51,545 nucleotides of DNA from a virus. Its lineage: Duplodnaviria > Caudoviricetes. The notes beneath the pieces were generated by a model. It was not told where the DNA came from and made no database searches. It saw nothing but the letters and a program-made list of their open reading frames with translations. Positions 8,666 to 18,325 of this stretch are shown here, one piece after another (the stretch's first letter is position 1; each line of letters starts with the position of its first letter). Both the position numbers and the translations under genes were made by a program. Where the stretch lies: IMG/VR virus record IMGVR_UViG_3300033388_003855, positions 1 through 51,545 of that record, one strand, 5' to 3'.

Positions 8666-9219
8666 TGCGCGTCGGCCTCCCTCTTCCCATGCTCAGCTTT
8701 ACCGAAAAAATTATCCAGACTAATTTTGTTCAGGGATTTTTGCGCATATTCCGCGAAACAAACGACACTCACAGAGTTCTGGCGGTGGTTCCGCTGGCAT
8801 GGTTTATCTCTCACAGCTATTACATGTTGCAGGCTCCACAGGTCGCGCACATGGCCACAAGAGTCAATATTGACGAGGGGATATGGCTTGCTTTAGGCGG
8901 CTTAATTACGCTGTTTATGTTCTCGTGGTCTGTGTTCTCGTCTGAATTCAACCCGTCGTTATACGTAAGACAGGGAATTTTTATCATTTGGACGGGGTTG
9001 ACTCACAGATGGATTTATGGGCTTGAGGCTCTTGGAACGCCGTTTTTGACAACTGTTTCGCTTATCGCTCTGACATCATATTTACCGTTCGCTTTCTGGG
9101 GATTACGCCCCGATCAATTATACATAAAGATCAAAGATGAAATCAACGCTAAGAAAAACGCGCGGCCGGCTGTTGTCACCGCTCTGGCTCCTCAAAAATC
9201 TGAAAGCGACGCCGCGTGA
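8665..9219 (+). CDS. Multi-pass membrane protein
   Basis: About four hydrophobic segments; TAATG coupling. Confidence 0.65.
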   Translation: MRVGLPLPMLSFTEKIIQTNFVQGFLRIFRETNDTHRVLAVVPLAWFISHSYYMLQAPQVAHMATRVNIDEGIWLALGGLITLFMFSWSVFSSEFNPSLYVRQGIFIIWTGLTHRWIYGLEALGTPFLTTVSLIALTSYLPFAFWGLRPDQLYIKIKDEINAKKNARPAVVTALAPQKSESDAA

Positions 9220-9544
9220 ATGGTTTGCGGCGTGTTGTTTATTTTTATTTATGCCCGGCGTCGCTTTCGGTTCGTGGGTTGACAGTATAGCCAATGCGGC
9301 GAATACATACGACCAAATTACAAATAAATATTTTTATGCCTCGGTCGGCTTGCTGATGATAACGCTTCCCGCCCTGGGAAGAATTAGGCGGGGCGGCCAA
9401 ATGCGACCGGCTATGGCCAAGGCTGTGGCCGGGCTTATTCATACCGTCAATTTTGTATGTTTGACGTTTCTGGTTATCCATTTCGCACCAGAAACGTCGA
9501 GCATTCTCGACTGGTTTCTGGACGTTTTTGGAAGGATTTTTTAA
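9137..9544 (+). CDS. Small membrane protein (holin-like; start uncertain)
   Basis: Three hydrophobic segments; stop is coupled to the protease start. Confidence 0.5.
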   Translation: MKSTLRKTRGRLLSPLWLLKNLKATPREWFAACCLFLFMPGVAFGSWVDSIANAANTYDQITNKYFYASVGLLMITLPALGRIRRGGQMRPAMAKAVAGLIHTVNFVCLTFLVIHFAPETSSILDWFLDVFGRIF

Positions 9545-10752
9545 TGGCTAAAAATTGCACAAATTGCGGAGACTGCAAGCACCTTTGCGGCGAGAATATG
9601 CGGGCGGATTCGTTCGACATAACCGGCGATTTAGCCAGCAAAATAGACAAAAACGGCTATTTGAAGGTTATGGGAACGGTGACGAGTGTCGGCGTTTTTA
9701 GCTATACGCGACCGGACGGAACAGTAGTAAGAGAATTCAGGCCGCCGGAAGAGGTGTTTAAAGCGGACTCCATAGAGACATTAAAAAATGCTCCCATCGC
9801 CGCCGGAGATAATCACCAAAAAACAATGATGGGCTTGCAGGAGCCGAACGACGCGGCAAACTTAACTTATGAAGGCGTTATTGGCTCAGACATAGTCAAG
9901 AACGCCGCAGGCGACGGTTTAGACGCGCCGGTGATCGTTTATCACCCGCAGGCAATAGAGGACATAGCAACCAAGAAAAGATTACATTTAAGCGCGGGGT
10001 ATACTCTCCGCGAACTAGAACCAACATCAGGCGTTTACAAGGGGCAGCCCTACGACGCTATTCAACGGGGCATTACTTACGGTCATGTGAGTATTGTCGA
10101 ACGTGGCCGCGCCGGTGAGCGTTGCCAAATCCGGGCGGACAGCGCCCAAAATCAAGAATCTAAACAGGAAAAAACTATGGCAAAAATGAAAATTCCGGCG
10201 CTGCAAGTCAAAAGCGGAGAAAGTATTATTTTCCGCGCCGACAGCCTGGAAGTGGAAGAAACACCCGAAATAACGGCGCTGTTGTCTCACAGGACACAGC
10301 TTAGCGTCGAGGTAAAGAAAGCCTTGACTCGCGCCGATACCGCCGAGGGAGAGCTTTCAGTATTGAAGAAAGACAACGAGGCGCTTAAGAAGGAAACAAA
10401 AGGCAGTATCAGCCCGGAGAAATACCGAGCGGACATGGACGAAAGCCTGGGCTTGATGGCTAAGCTGAAAGAGCTTGGAATTGATGTGATGAAAGAAGAC
10501 AAGCCCGATCTTTCACCCAAAGCGCTTAAAATGGCCATCATCAAGACGATTTATCCAAAAGAGGAGATGCGAGCCGACGCCAGCGATGGCGAGATTACAG
10601 GGCTGATGAAGGGCATTGACAACGACTGGAAGCACCGTGTTTCGATGGTCAAAACGAACGAAGGACGGAAATATTTTAGTGAGAACGGAGCCGCCGGAAA
10701 TGATTTGGCGCTCAACGATCAGGGATACCCCGAAACTATGAAAACAGCTTAA
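9544..10752 (+). CDS. Prohead protease/scaffold (DUF2213-like)
   Basis: GVFSY...REFRPPEEVF...LSAGY...YDAIQRGI..HVSIVERGRAG; coiled-coil C-terminus; start taken at MAKNC (TAATG). Confidence 0.88.
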   Translation: MAKNCTNCGDCKHLCGENMRADSFDITGDLASKIDKNGYLKVMGTVTSVGVFSYTRPDGTVVREFRPPEEVFKADSIETLKNAPIAAGDNHQKTMMGLQEPNDAANLTYEGVIGSDIVKNAAGDGLDAPVIVYHPQAIEDIATKKRLHLSAGYTLRELEPTSGVYKGQPYDAIQRGITYGHVSIVERGRAGERCQIRADSAQNQESKQEKTMAKMKIPALQVKSGESIIFRADSLEVEETPEITALLSHRTQLSVEVKKALTRADTAEGELSVLKKDNEALKKETKGSISPEKYRADMDESLGLMAKLKELGIDVMKEDKPDLSPKALKMAIIKTIYPKEEMRADASDGEITGLMKGIDNDWKHRVSMVKTNEGRKYFSENGAAGNDLALNDQGYPETMKTA

Positions 10753-10763
10753 AGAGGCAAAAT

Positions 10764-11519
10764 ATGCAAACAAGTGTTTCCGCCCAGAGCGGTCAATGGT
10801 ACGTCGGGCAAATCACCCAGCCGGGTGATATTGACGACAAATCGGCGCTGAATGAAGACACGTCAGCTATGAAAATTGGGATGGCGGTTATAGCTGGAAC
10901 CGATCCTGAAACGCAGATTAAGAAGCCCGTCGCCTCATTTTCATTCGATAATTTTCAGGGCATTATACACAACGCCTATGGCTTGTCTGAAAAACGGCTG
11001 CTAACAGGCGAGATTGACATTATAACCAACCAGCGCGCCAGCTTCCTAAGAAAAGGCTATATGGCTGTGCTTTGCGGCAGTCTATTTGCCGGAATCACGA
11101 TAGTTAAAGGCGAGGACGTTTATTGCTCATATAACATCTATGGAGACACTGCGCAGTGGTCATTCAGGAATACTGACGACCTGTTAAGCGGTGGTGACGT
11201 TGGTTTCGTTGTCGATACAGCGGTGTGTACAGTGACGGATTCGACGCACGGGCTTACAGTCGGTCAGACCATCGTTGTTTCCGACGCGGCTGGTTTGCCG
11301 GGCATTCACGGCGCGCACGTCATATTGACCACCGCCGACGCGAATACTTTCACGTTTGCCACTGACCAGGCAGATGATACCGGGGACACGCTCGACTATA
11401 CGACAGGCGGGTCGAGTAAAGTCCCTGCCGTTTTCATGCAGGGTGGAGTTATCGCCGCCGGCGCGACCACCATTTTGGAAATAAAAATCAACGCGGATAT
11501 GAAAATAGGCGTTAGCTAG
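10764..11519 (+). CDS. Capsid decoration/cement protein with an inserted HGL-repeat domain
   Basis: Position between protease and MCP; LRKGYMAV motif. Confidence 0.7.
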   Translation: MQTSVSAQSGQWYVGQITQPGDIDDKSALNEDTSAMKIGMAVIAGTDPETQIKKPVASFSFDNFQGIIHNAYGLSEKRLLTGEIDIITNQRASFLRKGYMAVLCGSLFAGITIVKGEDVYCSYNIYGDTAQWSFRNTDDLLSGGDVGFVVDTAVCTVTDSTHGLTVGQTIVVSDAAGLPGIHGAHVILTTADANTFTFATDQADDTGDTLDYTTGGSSKVPAVFMQGGVIAAGATTILEIKINADMKIGVS

Positions 11520-11540
11520 TAGCTAGGAGTAAAAAATAAT

Positions 11541-12737
11541 ATGTATCAAGATATTGATTATGCAATCAAATTACTTGCCACCAACCCGGCGTTTATGGCT
11601 GGGTTTGGAGCGACTAGCCCGGCGACGCAAAAGCAGGGGCTTGGCATGTTGCGCGAAAAGTTTAGAGAGGTTCATTATTCGGGGCTGGCCGCCGAGCAGC
11701 CGATTTTTCAGGGCTTATATCAGCGCGCTGACTCTATCGTCGATGTGACGCGAAATGAGGCTTATATTCGTGACTCCGTGGCGAAACGTAAACTCGAAAT
11801 CAGAGCGGACGCCAACGACGGTTTGATTTTCCAGCCGGATTTAAGACAGCTTGAGGCCAGAATTTTCGAGACAAAATATAGACCTCGTGGAATGTGGCGG
11901 GGGGTTATGCCCCAGGCCGGGGTCGTCCGAGGGGTTAAATATGTAGAGTACAGGATATTCGACAGGCGTGGAGAGGTTAAGCCGATCACAACCGGAACAG
12001 TCAAGGACATCCCTTATGTCGGGGTTTCAGGAAAAGCTTATCAGAACTATATCATTGATAAAGCTCTGGGCTATCGATACACGCAGATGGAATTGGACGC
12101 CGCCGCTTTTGCCGGGGCTCCGCTTGACATGAGACTCCGCGACGCCGTCGTGTCATCTTATGAAGAAGCTCAGGATAATGTGGCTTTCGGCGGTGACACC
12201 GAGTTTGACCTTGAAGGTTTGATTAATCACACAGGCGTTCCGAACATTCAGGCCGCCGCCGCCGCCGCTGGCTCAAATGCTCGACCATGGGCCGGCGCTG
12301 ACAAAGTCCCGGATGAGATTGTAGCCGATATTCGCGGGATGGTTACGGCTATCGCCGTGGCGTCCGGGGAGAACTACAACGCCGACAGGACACAATTTAT
12401 TTTGCTGGTTCCTCGCGTGCCTTATGATGCGCTAAATCAAAGGATGGCTGCCGGAACAGACACGACCATTCTGCAATTTGTTTTGAACCAGAAAAAGTAT
12501 GGCATCGCTGATATCAAAGTCTTGCCTCAATTAGCTGGCCAAGGCACCGGCTCAACTAATTTGGCCATCATGCTACCGATTATGGACAGGGAGGTAATAG
12601 AATTTTACACCTCCGACGCCATAATTTGGGAGCCGCCTCAACTGGTTGGCTTCGATATTCGTTTTCCGTCTCGACAAAGAGTTGGCGGCGTTGTTATCCG
12701 CTACCTTATCGCTATGACTCAACTTTACGGAATATAA
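11541..12737 (+). CDS. Major capsid protein (DUF2184-like, HK97 fold)
   Basis: GYRYTQMELDAA, AFGGD...EGLINH, GGVVIRYL.A...GI C-terminus. Confidence 0.9.
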   Translation: MYQDIDYAIKLLATNPAFMAGFGATSPATQKQGLGMLREKFREVHYSGLAAEQPIFQGLYQRADSIVDVTRNEAYIRDSVAKRKLEIRADANDGLIFQPDLRQLEARIFETKYRPRGMWRGVMPQAGVVRGVKYVEYRIFDRRGEVKPITTGTVKDIPYVGVSGKAYQNYIIDKALGYRYTQMELDAAAFAGAPLDMRLRDAVVSSYEEAQDNVAFGGDTEFDLEGLINHTGVPNIQAAAAAAGSNARPWAGADKVPDEIVADIRGMVTAIAVASGENYNADRTQFILLVPRVPYDALNQRMAAGTDTTILQFVLNQKKYGIADIKVLPQLAGQGTGSTNLAIMLPIMDREVIEFYTSDAIIWEPPQLVGFDIRFPSRQRVGGVVIRYLIAMTQLYGI

Positions 12738-12746
12738 GGAGACAAC

Positions 12747-13142
12747 ATGGCCAAAAACAAAGAGTTATTTTACAGGAAGATTTCGTCATTTTTGCCAGCT
12801 CCGACGGGGTTCAATTATTTGGACAAAAACAAGAATCCGCATTTTGTCAACTTGCCAGGTAAGACCACGCCGAAAGATAAGCCGCCTCCTCCCGTCTATA
12901 TCACAGATGAAGAATATGAAGAGCTGATAAAACCTGAACACGGCGGGCACCCGTCACCGTTCACTATTTTAATAGAGAAGGGGCCAGATAAAGGTATCAT
13001 CGCGCAGAAAGTAAGTTTTGCCGACTTGCCGGCCAGTTTGCAAAAAGAACGCGATCCGGAGGCTTTCAAGGAGCTTGAGGCCGCGCGGCGTAAGTTGGTC
13101 GCGGATGAATTAAGAAAAGACGACGCCGAGGTGGTGGAGTAA
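12747..13142 (+). CDS. Hypothetical virion-associated protein
   Basis: AGGAG RBS; directly follows the MCP gene. Confidence 0.65.
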   Translation: MAKNKELFYRKISSFLPAPTGFNYLDKNKNPHFVNLPGKTTPKDKPPPPVYITDEEYEELIKPEHGGHPSPFTILIEKGPDKGIIAQKVSFADLPASLQKERDPEAFKELEAARRKLVADELRKDDAEVVE

Positions 13143-13145
13143 ATC

Positions 13146-13571
13146 ATGGCCGTTCTAATAACCTGGGCTCAAGTAGTGGCAATCGCCAGTTCAATCGAAG
13201 ATGAGCTTAACGCCTTGCCGGGGGAAACTCAGGCGATGATTCTAAACATGGCGTGTTGCCATGTCCCGGACGTTTACGGCTGTTATTCGTCGACTATGCA
13301 GGCATATTGGGCGGCTCACATAGCCGCCACAACCTTTGTTTTGCCGGCAGGCGAGGGCGCGGAGACGACCGAGAATATTGGCTCTGTCAGCTCGTCCAGA
13401 AATCAGCCGGTTAACAATCCGCAGGCTAATGAAGGGCATTTGGAAACCGTTTATGGCCGGATGTATCAATATTATTTGGATGAGTTCAAAAAGCGCAAAG
13501 TTTTGCCGGTTGGAGTTTTTCAGGCTGGCGCGGTCGCGGGACTTCCCAAAATCATTCCTGCATGTAGCTAG
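13146..13571 (+). CDS. Head-tail adaptor (DUF4054-like)
   Basis: WAAH, IGSVS, ETVYGRMY motifs; gene order. Confidence 0.7.
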   Translation: MAVLITWAQVVAIASSIEDELNALPGETQAMILNMACCHVPDVYGCYSSTMQAYWAAHIAATTFVLPAGEGAETTENIGSVSSSRNQPVNNPQANEGHLETVYGRMYQYYLDEFKKRKVLPVGVFQAGAVAGLPKIIPACS

Positions 13572-14020
13572 TGATTAATCTAAGTGTCAATTTAACAGAC
13601 AAGGACAGCGGCTGGGATAAGTTCGCGCAAGAGTTGGATGCGCTGAAAGGTAAAAAAGTGGTGGTTGGCATTCAGTCGAATGAAGACACGGAGCTTTTGA
13701 AATATGCGAACGCTAACGAGTTCGGGACTGAGATTATTCCGCCGCGTCCCTTTATTCGTCAAACGTTTGAAAAAGAGCTTGAAACGCTTAAGGAAACCGG
13801 CTTTAAGCTCGGCGAACAGGTCATGTTTGGAAAACTTTCTCATAAATCAGCTTTGGAGCTTTGGGGCGGCAAATTCATTTCTTTAATTCGCTCCGAAGTC
13901 GCCGAGGGTAATAATTTTGAGCCTAACGCGCCGCTTACTATTCGCAAGAAGGGAGCCGGAAAACATCCACTTCAAGATTCTGGGCGGTTAATGCAGGCTT
14001 TAAAAGCGGTGGTTGAGTAA
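13571..14020 (+). CDS. Neck/tail completion morphogenesis protein
   Basis: VVVGI, ANEFGT.IIPPRPFIR, PNAPLTIRKKG..PLQDSG. Confidence 0.8.
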   Translation: MINLSVNLTDKDSGWDKFAQELDALKGKKVVVGIQSNEDTELLKYANANEFGTEIIPPRPFIRQTFEKELETLKETGFKLGEQVMFGKLSHKSALELWGGKFISLIRSEVAEGNNFEPNAPLTIRKKGAGKHPLQDSGRLMQALKAVVE

Positions 14021-14415
14021 TGCCAAGACCCGGAAAAAACATCATTCGGATTGTAAAACGCTACTCCGAAGATTACGAAATAATCCGCTATTCGCGTGAC
14101 CAAGCCGCTTATATACCACAGTTTGTGGGCGGTGTGGCTCAACCGCGCGAATCGGAAAGAGTGGCGATAAGAGGGCATTGGCAGCCGCTTGGAGCGGGAA
14201 AACTTATCTCCTCTTTGCCGGAAGGGCAGCGGCTTGAAGATGTGCGAAAATGGTGGTCTACAGGCGCAGAGAACGTCGTAAAAGCGAAAGACAAAATCGT
14301 GATCGATGATGCTTATTTCACGGTGAACGGCGTCTATAAATGGACTAATTACAGCAGTGTTTTTATAGAAGCAGACATTTTAAGAACCGGAGAAGCGGAC
14401 AATTTAGACTCATGA
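14020..14415 (+). CDS. Head closure/stopper protein
   Basis: QPL....SLPEGQR motif; gene order. Confidence 0.65.
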   Translation: MPRPGKNIIRIVKRYSEDYEIIRYSRDQAAYIPQFVGGVAQPRESERVAIRGHWQPLGAGKLISSLPEGQRLEDVRKWWSTGAENVVKAKDKIVIDDAYFTVNGVYKWTNYSSVFIEADILRTGEADNLDS

Positions 14416-15194
14416 GCCTATCAATTCAAAAAGCCGAGGAGTTTATCAATTTTATCCTGGGGAATAAATATGCCACGCCCGTGACTATTGCCGTTTCCAG
14501 CGAAGTGGCGACCGTTACAAGCGTTGCCCATGGTCTAAGCGTCGGCGACTTTATCCAGATAAATTTTGCCGTTCCTCACGCTCTGAGGGGCGATAAAGTC
14601 ATTGTGGCGACTCCGACCGCCGACACGTTCACCTATGCCGCCCCAGACGTTGACGACGGCGCGGCGACTGGAACAATTGCCTATTTTGCCGGGCTTGTCA
14701 AAGTCTTTCAAGGCAAACAAGACGAGGCCAGCGCGAACAAACCCGCGATCAGTTATCGAATAATGAACAGCCTGGCTTTTGGCCAGAACGCTGAATATTA
14801 CGAAGAAGACGGCGACGACTTAAGAGAAGACGTCGAGGAAAAGCAGCAGAAAATAGTCGAGGTTCAATTCTACACCAAGACCGAACAGCAAGCCGTCGAC
14901 CCGCTTGAAACCGCCAATGATTTAAAATTATCTCAATATATCTCAGCGAACGACCTGGCCGCCAAATTCAGAATAAACGCCAACAGGCCGCGCTCAAGAG
15001 CTTTTCAGCATGAAAACGGCTTTTCAGTTGTGGGTGTGAATATTATTCAGGACATAGATGCCCAACTCCTCGTCCGCTGGGAGCGTCGGGCTTTATGCGA
15101 ATTACGGATTCATGACACCACTATTATTTCAGAGAACGTGGACTTTTTCGACCCCGCAGACCTCATTTTTGATCTAAATATCGAGGGTATATAA
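14412..15194 (+). CDS. Tail terminator/neck protein with an inserted HGL-repeat domain
   Basis: Precedes the sheath gene; WERRA motif. Confidence 0.65.
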   Translation: MSLSIQKAEEFINFILGNKYATPVTIAVSSEVATVTSVAHGLSVGDFIQINFAVPHALRGDKVIVATPTADTFTYAAPDVDDGAATGTIAYFAGLVKVFQGKQDEASANKPAISYRIMNSLAFGQNAEYYEEDGDDLREDVEEKQQKIVEVQFYTKTEQQAVDPLETANDLKLSQYISANDLAAKFRINANRPRSRAFQHENGFSVVGVNIIQDIDAQLLVRWERRALCELRIHDTTIISENVDFFDPADLIFDLNIEGI

Positions 15195-17038
15195 TGACAG
15201 TTATAGTTAATGATTACTTAGATGTTACAGCGATTATTAAGGACACGGCTGGTTCTGTCGCGTCTCTAAGTATTACGCTCGCGCACACAGACGAAACGCC
15301 GATTGTCGCGCTTTCCCATCGCGTCAATACGTATTTAACCGCCTTGGCCGTGGGCGTGGATTGGGGAACGACCAGCAAAATTTACAAGGCCGCACAGGCT
15401 CATTACGCGCAAAAAACGCACAATCAGTTTTTTAAAGTCGGCCGGGAGATTCCCAAAGGAGCGACCCAAAGCAGCAACGATATTACCACCACCGCCGAAA
15501 TAGCGACGCTGACAGACGTCACACACGGCTTAATCGCTGGACAGGAAGTGACTGTAGGCGGCGCGGCTTCCGCCGGGCTGAATGGACTCAAGACGATTCT
15601 TGACGTTCCCACCGCCGATACTTTCACATATGACGCGCCCGGAGTTACGGCCGGAGCAGACGCGAATAACGGCTCTATCGCTTACCACGTGGGCGATCTT
15701 GACATGACAACGGCTTTAGGTGTGATTTTGGCCGAGGATGGCGATTTTATAACGCTGAACTCTATTAAGAAACTTAAAGCGGAAATCCTTGAAATAGCCG
15801 CCTTTACGAGCGGAAAAAACTTCAAATATATCACGTCTAGCGAGGACGCTAACGTGAAGAACCAGACGGCCGCTAACGTCCTGATTAGCCTTGAGGCTTT
15901 GTCTTATAGTAATGTGGCTTATATTTGGAGACACCAGGCCGGAGTAGACGCCGCTGGTGTAGACGTGGAAGTTTCCCCGGAGCTTAGCCTTTCCTCTATC
16001 GTCGTTGCTGACGAAGTAGCGACCGCCGTGGCCGCTTCAAAACATGGGTTGGCTGTTGGTGATCAAATAACCGTCGCAGACGCGACGCCGGCCGGACTGA
16101 ACGGTCTTAAAACAATCACCGCAATATTAACTGAGTTTACATTTACTTTTGCCGCTGCCAGCGTGGTGGACGGCGCTGCAACCGGAACCATCGTCTATGT
16201 TGAAACCGGCTCAGAAAAAGCTATAGTTACCGAAGCTAATCATGGCTTAAGGGTTGATGATCCTTTGACCGTCTCCGGAGCGACGCCGGCCGATTTAAAC
16301 GGGAATAAGGTCGTTCTATACGTCATTGACGCCAACACTTTTCAGTACTCCGCCGCCGATGTAGTGGACGGAGCCGCGACCGGAACTATAAATTATTTCG
16401 CTCGTTACCTGTTTTTTGAAACAGCCGTCACGGGGCTTTTGCAGTCGAAAGACATTGGGACTGTGATGTGGGACGCAAACGGCGGACTGGGGTCAATACA
16501 AGGCCAAATAGCCACGCCGATTTCGCTCTTAAGTGAAGCCGAAATAGTGAATATTATCGGTGTTAACGGAGTCGGCGGGCAGAGCGGAAACGTTTATATA
16601 AATCGTCTGGGATTTGACGTTTTCACCAAGGGGTGGATGGTTAACCAGCGTTTTATCGGCAACGAGGACGTTCGAATCTGGCTTGAGCAGCGATGGGCGG
16701 AGGCCATCATGGCCATCTATGGAAACGGCGGAAAGTCTCCCTATACTAACAGCGGGTTAAATATCTTTCTCAACGCTATTTCCGGCCCTACAAACACGCA
16801 GTTGGACAGAACCGGCTTAAACCCGCTGTCCGAGACTGAAATGGACGATATTATCGACGGGGAGGCCGGGGCTAATGATCTTTTCCAGAAGCTGGCCGGG
16901 TATGTCTATATTTACCAAAATATGGATACTATATCGGACGCTGATAGAATTTTGGGAAATGTTCCGGACGTTCGGGTTTATGTAAAAATTGGTCAGGCTA
17001 TTCATAGAATTGAAGTAAATGCGACGGCTCAAGTTTAA
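15194..17038 (+). CDS. Contractile tail sheath protein (DUF3383-like) with three inserted HGL-repeat domains
   Basis: IYKAAQAHYAQ, KSPYTNSG, QAIHRIEVNA C-terminus; precedes the tube gene. Confidence 0.85.
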   Translation: MTVIVNDYLDVTAIIKDTAGSVASLSITLAHTDETPIVALSHRVNTYLTALAVGVDWGTTSKIYKAAQAHYAQKTHNQFFKVGREIPKGATQSSNDITTTAEIATLTDVTHGLIAGQEVTVGGAASAGLNGLKTILDVPTADTFTYDAPGVTAGADANNGSIAYHVGDLDMTTALGVILAEDGDFITLNSIKKLKAEILEIAAFTSGKNFKYITSSEDANVKNQTAANVLISLEALSYSNVAYIWRHQAGVDAAGVDVEVSPELSLSSIVVADEVATAVAASKHGLAVGDQITVADATPAGLNGLKTITAILTEFTFTFAAASVVDGAATGTIVYVETGSEKAIVTEANHGLRVDDPLTVSGATPADLNGNKVVLYVIDANTFQYSAADVVDGAATGTINYFARYLFFETAVTGLLQSKDIGTVMWDANGGLGSIQGQIATPISLLSEAEIVNIIGVNGVGGQSGNVYINRLGFDVFTKGWMVNQRFIGNEDVRIWLEQRWAEAIMAIYGNGGKSPYTNSGLNIFLNAISGPTNTQLDRTGLNPLSETEMDDIIDGEAGANDLFQKLAGYVYIYQNMDTISDADRILGNVPDVRVYVKIGQAIHRIEVNATAQV

Positions 17039-17047
17039 GGAGAAAAT

Positions 17048-17506
17048 ATGTCAACTGGCGAAATCAACCCGAATGAATATGATCTAAACTTAGTGAGCGC
17101 CGCCGGCGTGCATAAAGTTAAAGGTTTTCAGTCTGGAACGTCGATAAATATAGTTTATGACGCGAATAATTTTAATTTCATAGAAGGTTCCGACCAGGAG
17201 TCAACCAGAATATTAACGAACAGCGCGGCCGCGTTATTTACTGTTATTCTAATGCAGTCCTCGGCAAGTAATGACAGATTATCAATTTTGTCAAATCTGG
17301 ACAGAGGGGCGGGAGTAGGCGCGTTTTCTTTAAGTTTTAAAGATAATTGGGGCAATACCGCGGGGGCGGCGGCGTCCGCCTGGATTGAAAAAATGCCGGA
17401 TCAAGGTTTCGATTTTGGGCCAGAGGCGACCGGACAAGCGCGCTCTTGGCTGATTAGATGCGCCGCTTATTTTGGAACGGTCGGATCAAGCAGGAGGGTT
17501 GCGTGA
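17048..17506 (+). CDS. Tail tube protein (DUF3277-like)
   Basis: LMQSSASNDRLS, AWIEKMPD, RSWLI. Confidence 0.8.
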   Translation: MSTGEINPNEYDLNLVSAAGVHKVKGFQSGTSINIVYDANNFNFIEGSDQESTRILTNSAAALFTVILMQSSASNDRLSILSNLDRGAGVGAFSLSFKDNWGNTAGAAASAWIEKMPDQGFDFGPEATGQARSWLIRCAAYFGTVGSSRRVA

Positions 17507-18015
17507 GTAATACTCCTATCCCTTTCGAGCCTAAATCCATCGAGTTTAAGATTGACGGCCTCACATATACAAAGAAAGAACTTTTGGTCACAGAGCGCAA
17601 TATTTTACTGTTTAAAATAGCGCAGCTCTTGGGAGCGTCCGGAGCGGGGCTTGGAAATCTCGACGATAATATCGACTTTGGGAAAATGTTGGCCGGCGTG
17701 TTGTATAAATATACCCCGGAGGCGGCTGCGGCTTTTGTCAAAGAAACGATCATGGCGGGGCTTGAATACCCTAAATTTGACCATTCAAGCAAAGACCCAG
17801 GCCAACCGAATTATGAGAACCATTTCACGCAGTATTATACCCACCAGATGGAAGTATTGCAAGAAATCTGGGAGCAGAATTTCGGCGAGTCCATGGAGCA
17901 GCTTAAAAAAAAATTGACGACCTTCAAGCCTTTTATGCTGATGCTTTCCATGCTGAAATTTCAGGAAGAGAGCCAAGACCGCCCAGAGCCAGACTCAACG
18001 ACCAAGAGTCCTTAA
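17503..18015 (+). CDS. Tail assembly chaperone (G product)
   Basis: GTGA-coupled start after AGGAGG; lies between tube and tape measure. Confidence 0.75.
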   Translation: MSNTPIPFEPKSIEFKIDGLTYTKKELLVTERNILLFKIAQLLGASGAGLGNLDDNIDFGKMLAGVLYKYTPEAAAAFVKETIMAGLEYPKFDHSSKDPGQPNYENHFTQYYTHQMEVLQEIWEQNFGESMEQLKKKLTTFKPFMLMLSMLKFQEESQDRPEPDSTTKSP

Positions 18016-18149
18016 TCTGGCAAATAGTCACGAACGGCCCGGCGACGCTCCAAGAGATTGAGACGCACTGGACATATAGCGATATTCTTAAATGCTTTCT
18101 GCTAATGAATCAACAAATTATAGACAGATGGAAAGCCAACCAAGAGTAG
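17905..18149 (+). CDS. -1 frameshift extension of the tail chaperone (GT product)
   Basis: A9 run at 17905-17913; -1 frame open for IDDLQAFY...ATLQEIETHWTYSDILK...NQE* to 18149. Confidence 0.7.
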
Positions 18150-18160
18150 TTGTAAAATGC

Positions 18161-18325
18161 ATGAAAAAGCTTATTTCATGCCTTGATTGTTCAAAATCAG
18201 AGAAGGACGCGCCGGTGGACGCTTTGGGCAATGAATTGCCTTATGGGTGCGGCTTGATGGGCTGTTTGATTCATGGCGTCGGCCACTATCCTTTCCAAAA
18301 ACATTCTTGCAGTGATTTTAGATAA
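18161..18325 (+). CDS. Small Cys-rich protein
   Basis: MKKLISCLDC...C...C; stop is coupled to the tape measure start. Confidence 0.5.
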   Translation: MKKLISCLDCSKSEKDAPVDALGNELPYGCGLMGCLIHGVGHYPFQKHSCSDFR

